A DNA stretch of 64,000 nt from Sedimentisphaerales bacterium (GTDB taxonomy: Bacteria; Planctomycetota; Phycisphaerae; Sedimentisphaerales; SM23-30). Positions 61,801-64,000 of the stretch are shown here, piece after piece. How positions within the stretch are numbered: position 1 is the stretch's first letter; each line of letters starts with the position of its first letter. Both the position numbers and the translations under genes were made by a program. The stretch covers positions 64,001 to 128,000 of the forward strand of contig CAXXFK010000032.1 of the NCBI GenBank assembly GCA_963663965.2, in the 5' to 3' direction. Below the pieces are notes generated by a model, which was not told the DNA's origin, did not search any database, and worked only from the letters and a program-made list of their open reading frames with translations.

Positions 61801-62286
61801 CTAATCTGGTGAATACTCACTCTCCACCACCACCCCATCTCTGGTCTTGAAGATAATAGCCGTACAATTCCCCGCTTGCTGAGACATCAGTGAGACATGA
61901 ATCCTGTTCTCCTCTTCAGTAATCCTGGGAAGCACAAAACCGCTCCCATCATACGCCTCTGTCACAACCCGCTCAATGGCATCGGCGGGCGTCCCCACCG
62001 GGATCCTCAACCAGGCCGCCCGCAGAATCCGTTCCGAAGGAGCCGGCAGCACGAAATTCGCCGCCAGTACCCCAAACACCACCACCCCAACCCAGATGGC
62101 CTGTTGCTTCTTAATACTCGTGGCCCATACCCCATAGAATAACAGAGCCGCCATAACACAAAACAATAAATACCGATAAGTAAACGCAACAACCCCCATC
62201 CACTGGTCCAGACCATATACGAACCATACCACAAAAGCAAGCAAACCAGTTAATAACACAACCAGGAACGTTTTCATATCAAACAC
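61801..62286 (-). CDS. membrane protein (3 TM + small soluble domain)
   Basis: Three hydrophobic segments. Confidence 0.65.
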   Translation of the reverse strand: MFDMKTFLVVLLTGLLAFVVWFVYGLDQWMGVVAFTYRYLLFCVMAALLFYGVWATSIKKQQAIWVGVVVFGVLAANFVLPAPSERILRAAWLRIPVGTPADAIERVVTEAYDGSGFVLPRITEEENRIHVSLMSQQAGNCTAIIFKTRDGVVVESEYSPD

Positions 62287-62504
62287 CTGACAAGTTTTCT
62301 TCTGTATTCAACTCTGATATTATATAATTCTTTATATAAGAACAGGTATTCCATTTAAACTTTGATGATTATATAAAATTACTTCCCTGAAGTCAAATCT
62401 ACCTTTTTCAGTGACGCTGCCCCAACTTTCACATCTCCGATCTAATTTCCTGCTGTAATTGTGAATTTTCATTTTGGCAAAATTTTATCTTGAATGGTAT
62501 ACCG

Positions 62505-62600
62505 TTTACGTTTGAAAATACCCGCTGGGCCGTAAAATAAGTCTTTTACGAGTCATTACTTATGTTGCGAGCGACCGGGCATTCCATACCCATTGGGTAT
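62505..62600. repeat. dispersed ~95-bp intergenic element, copy 3
   Basis: TTGAAAATACCCGCTGGGCCG...ACGAGT...GCGAGCGA...ATACCCATTGGGTAT. Confidence 0.8.
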
Positions 62601-62605
62601 AATAA

Positions 62606-63184
62606 TCAAAACGGCCTGATTTCACCCCAATGCGCGACCGGCTTCGCCTGACCACCAATCCTTGCCGCGCGATAGGTGGTAATGAGAAATTCTCTAGATG
62701 ACTTATCTTCTCCCCCCTGGGATAAAACCAACGAAATCCGCATCAAACCATCGTATCGATTGTAATCCTCAACGGTCACTTCTCTATGGTTTCGATCATA
62801 AAAATAAAATTGCAATTCCTGTATTGTTCCTCCAATCATCTCCATCTCCCCGCATCGTCCATAATACAGATTCCCATCACAACCGGTTCGACAAATCTGA
62901 ATATTGCCGGCGCTATCTCGAAATCGAATAAATCCCATCCCATCACGGGAATTCCTCACTTCCAGCACTTGCGCGATACGAGACAACTGGGTATATAAAA
63001 AGTCGCGCAGCAATCGCTCCTTTTTATCCATACGATCGGCTGCTGTTGTCATCGCATCCACGGATGATATCATGCGCACTGGAGGCGCGAAAACCACCCA
63101 TAGCACCCAAAAGATGGCAATCCCGATGATCGTTTCAATCGGCGTCCATGAATGATATTTAACTTGACCAGACCGCCATGACAT
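62606..63184 (-). CDS. pilin/pseudopilin-like protein with atypical cleavage site
   Basis: SWTPIETIIGIAIFWVLWVVF resembles G-FTLIE. Confidence 0.55.
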   Translation of the reverse strand: MSWRSGQVKYHSWTPIETIIGIAIFWVLWVVFAPPVRMISSVDAMTTAADRMDKKERLLRDFLYTQLSRIAQVLEVRNSRDGMGFIRFRDSAGNIQICRTGCDGNLYYGRCGEMEMIGGTIQELQFYFYDRNHREVTVEDYNRYDGLMRISLVLSQGGEDKSSREFLITTYRAARIGGQAKPVAHWGEIRPF

Positions 63185-63196
63185 GATTGGATTCCT

Positions 63197-63538
63197 CTAT
63201 TGCCAATGAGTACAACCGACGCGATGGTTCTTGGAATTATAGTAATAGTTCCCTCCCAAAGGGCACCTGAGCGGACCATCAGGAAAAAATTCACTGGGGC
63301 GCTCTGGAGTCCCCAATACGCGAACTATCCACTCGCTTTCGGTTAATTCATGATCCGCCTGGTTCGCTTCCAATAATTGACCGGTGGCATAATCCAGCAT
63401 TTCCAAATTGGTCGCGCAACATTTTTTATCTCCATTACTGGCGCTTTGGGCCAGTTTGGGTATTGATATCAATGCGATAGCAATTAGAAAAATGCCTGTG
63501 ATCAGTATTTCCAGATTGGATAAACCCTGGTTTCTCAT
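63197..63538 (-). CDS. type IV pilin/ComGC-like small protein
   Basis: QGLSNLEILITGIFLIAIALISIP, C..NL, CPLGGNY...VGCTH. Confidence 0.7.
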   Translation of the reverse strand: MRNQGLSNLEILITGIFLIAIALISIPKLAQSASNGDKKCCATNLEMLDYATGQLLEANQADHELTESEWIVRVLGTPERPSEFFPDGPLRCPLGGNYYYNSKNHRVGCTHWQ

Positions 63539-63568
63539 AGCCTGACAATCGGCCCATCCGTATTTTGA

Positions 63569-63790
63569 TTAATGGGTTATCCCGATAGCCGTCTGATTAT
63601 CCGGTTGCATGGGTGGATTTCGGTATTTCTCGCTTTTTTCCACGGCTTGCAAACAGCACCAGATGGCCGCTTTGGTCTTCGCGTCAATCTCTTTATCTTT
63701 CAATAACAGATTGGCTTCATCAATGAGTTTTTTTACATAATCTGGACCAAATCTCATTGGGGGCTCTCCCTTCTTGGCTTTGTAATCCAA
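63569..63790 (-). CDS. small hypothetical protein
   Basis: 73-aa ORF, internal AAGGGAG RBS before MRFGP. Confidence 0.4.
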   Translation of the reverse strand: MDYKAKKGEPPMRFGPDYVKKLIDEANLLLKDKEIDAKTKAAIWCCLQAVEKSEKYRNPPMQPDNQTAIGITH

Positions 63791-64000
63791 AGTATTATTT
63801 CAGTCACTATCGTTATACTCGACACAATCAACCACCCAATTTAAGATTAAACCCAATCCTGATCCGATAACCCCGTTTCTTGCCACTTTATCGGACCTCT
63901 TACCGAGATAGATTCTTTTAGCCCGCCGATAGCCATCCCGGTTGCCTTATGAGATATCACATTAAATGCTCAACCTGTTTCAGGAAATTGACAGATGTGA

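Noticed and set aside
1..64000. C-rich plus strand across much of the window
   Set aside because: It appears in genes on both strands, consistent with ordinary replication GC skew.

Overview
Bacterial chromosome window, most likely from Planctomycetota (Phycisphaerae/Sedimentisphaerales-like). This is inferred from a prepilin-type '[10 protein letters not shown]...H...F.DGH' protein, a PEP-CTERM protein, a planctomycete-style dockerin tail and many kinase-FGE fusions. 1-17 kb is housekeeping: an AsmA-like gene, ispG, ribF, a DHH/NrnA gene, rnhA, an aminotransferase, rarA, glycosyltransferases and an MBL hydrolase. Several carry single-base indels that look like assembly errors. The main finding is a ~26 kb co-oriented minus-strand cluster (43801->18001) that looks like a bacterial ESCRT-type membrane-remodelling system. 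It has a MIT-domain Vps4-like AAA ATPase next to a Vps2/Vps24/Did2-like ESCRT-III gene, a second ESCRT-III-like gene next to a winged-helix protein, and a zinc-ribbon SPFH protein. It also holds an FHA protein, three membrane Ser/Thr kinases with FGE/C-lectin-fold ectodomains, an exported caspase-FGE protein and several CsgG/FlgO-like envelope proteins. A divergent ExbB-ExbD-TonB-like operon, a second caspase-FGE gene and a ~2500-aa beta-helix surface protein follow. Other observations: a DGR-like variable region at the 3' end of one caspase-FGE gene (no RT or TR seen in the window), an IS200-type TnpA with REP-like arms plus an empty copy, and an unexplained ~95-bp intergenic element in three copies. 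No rRNA, tRNA or CRISPR array was seen. All family assignments come from motif reading by eye, not database searches.
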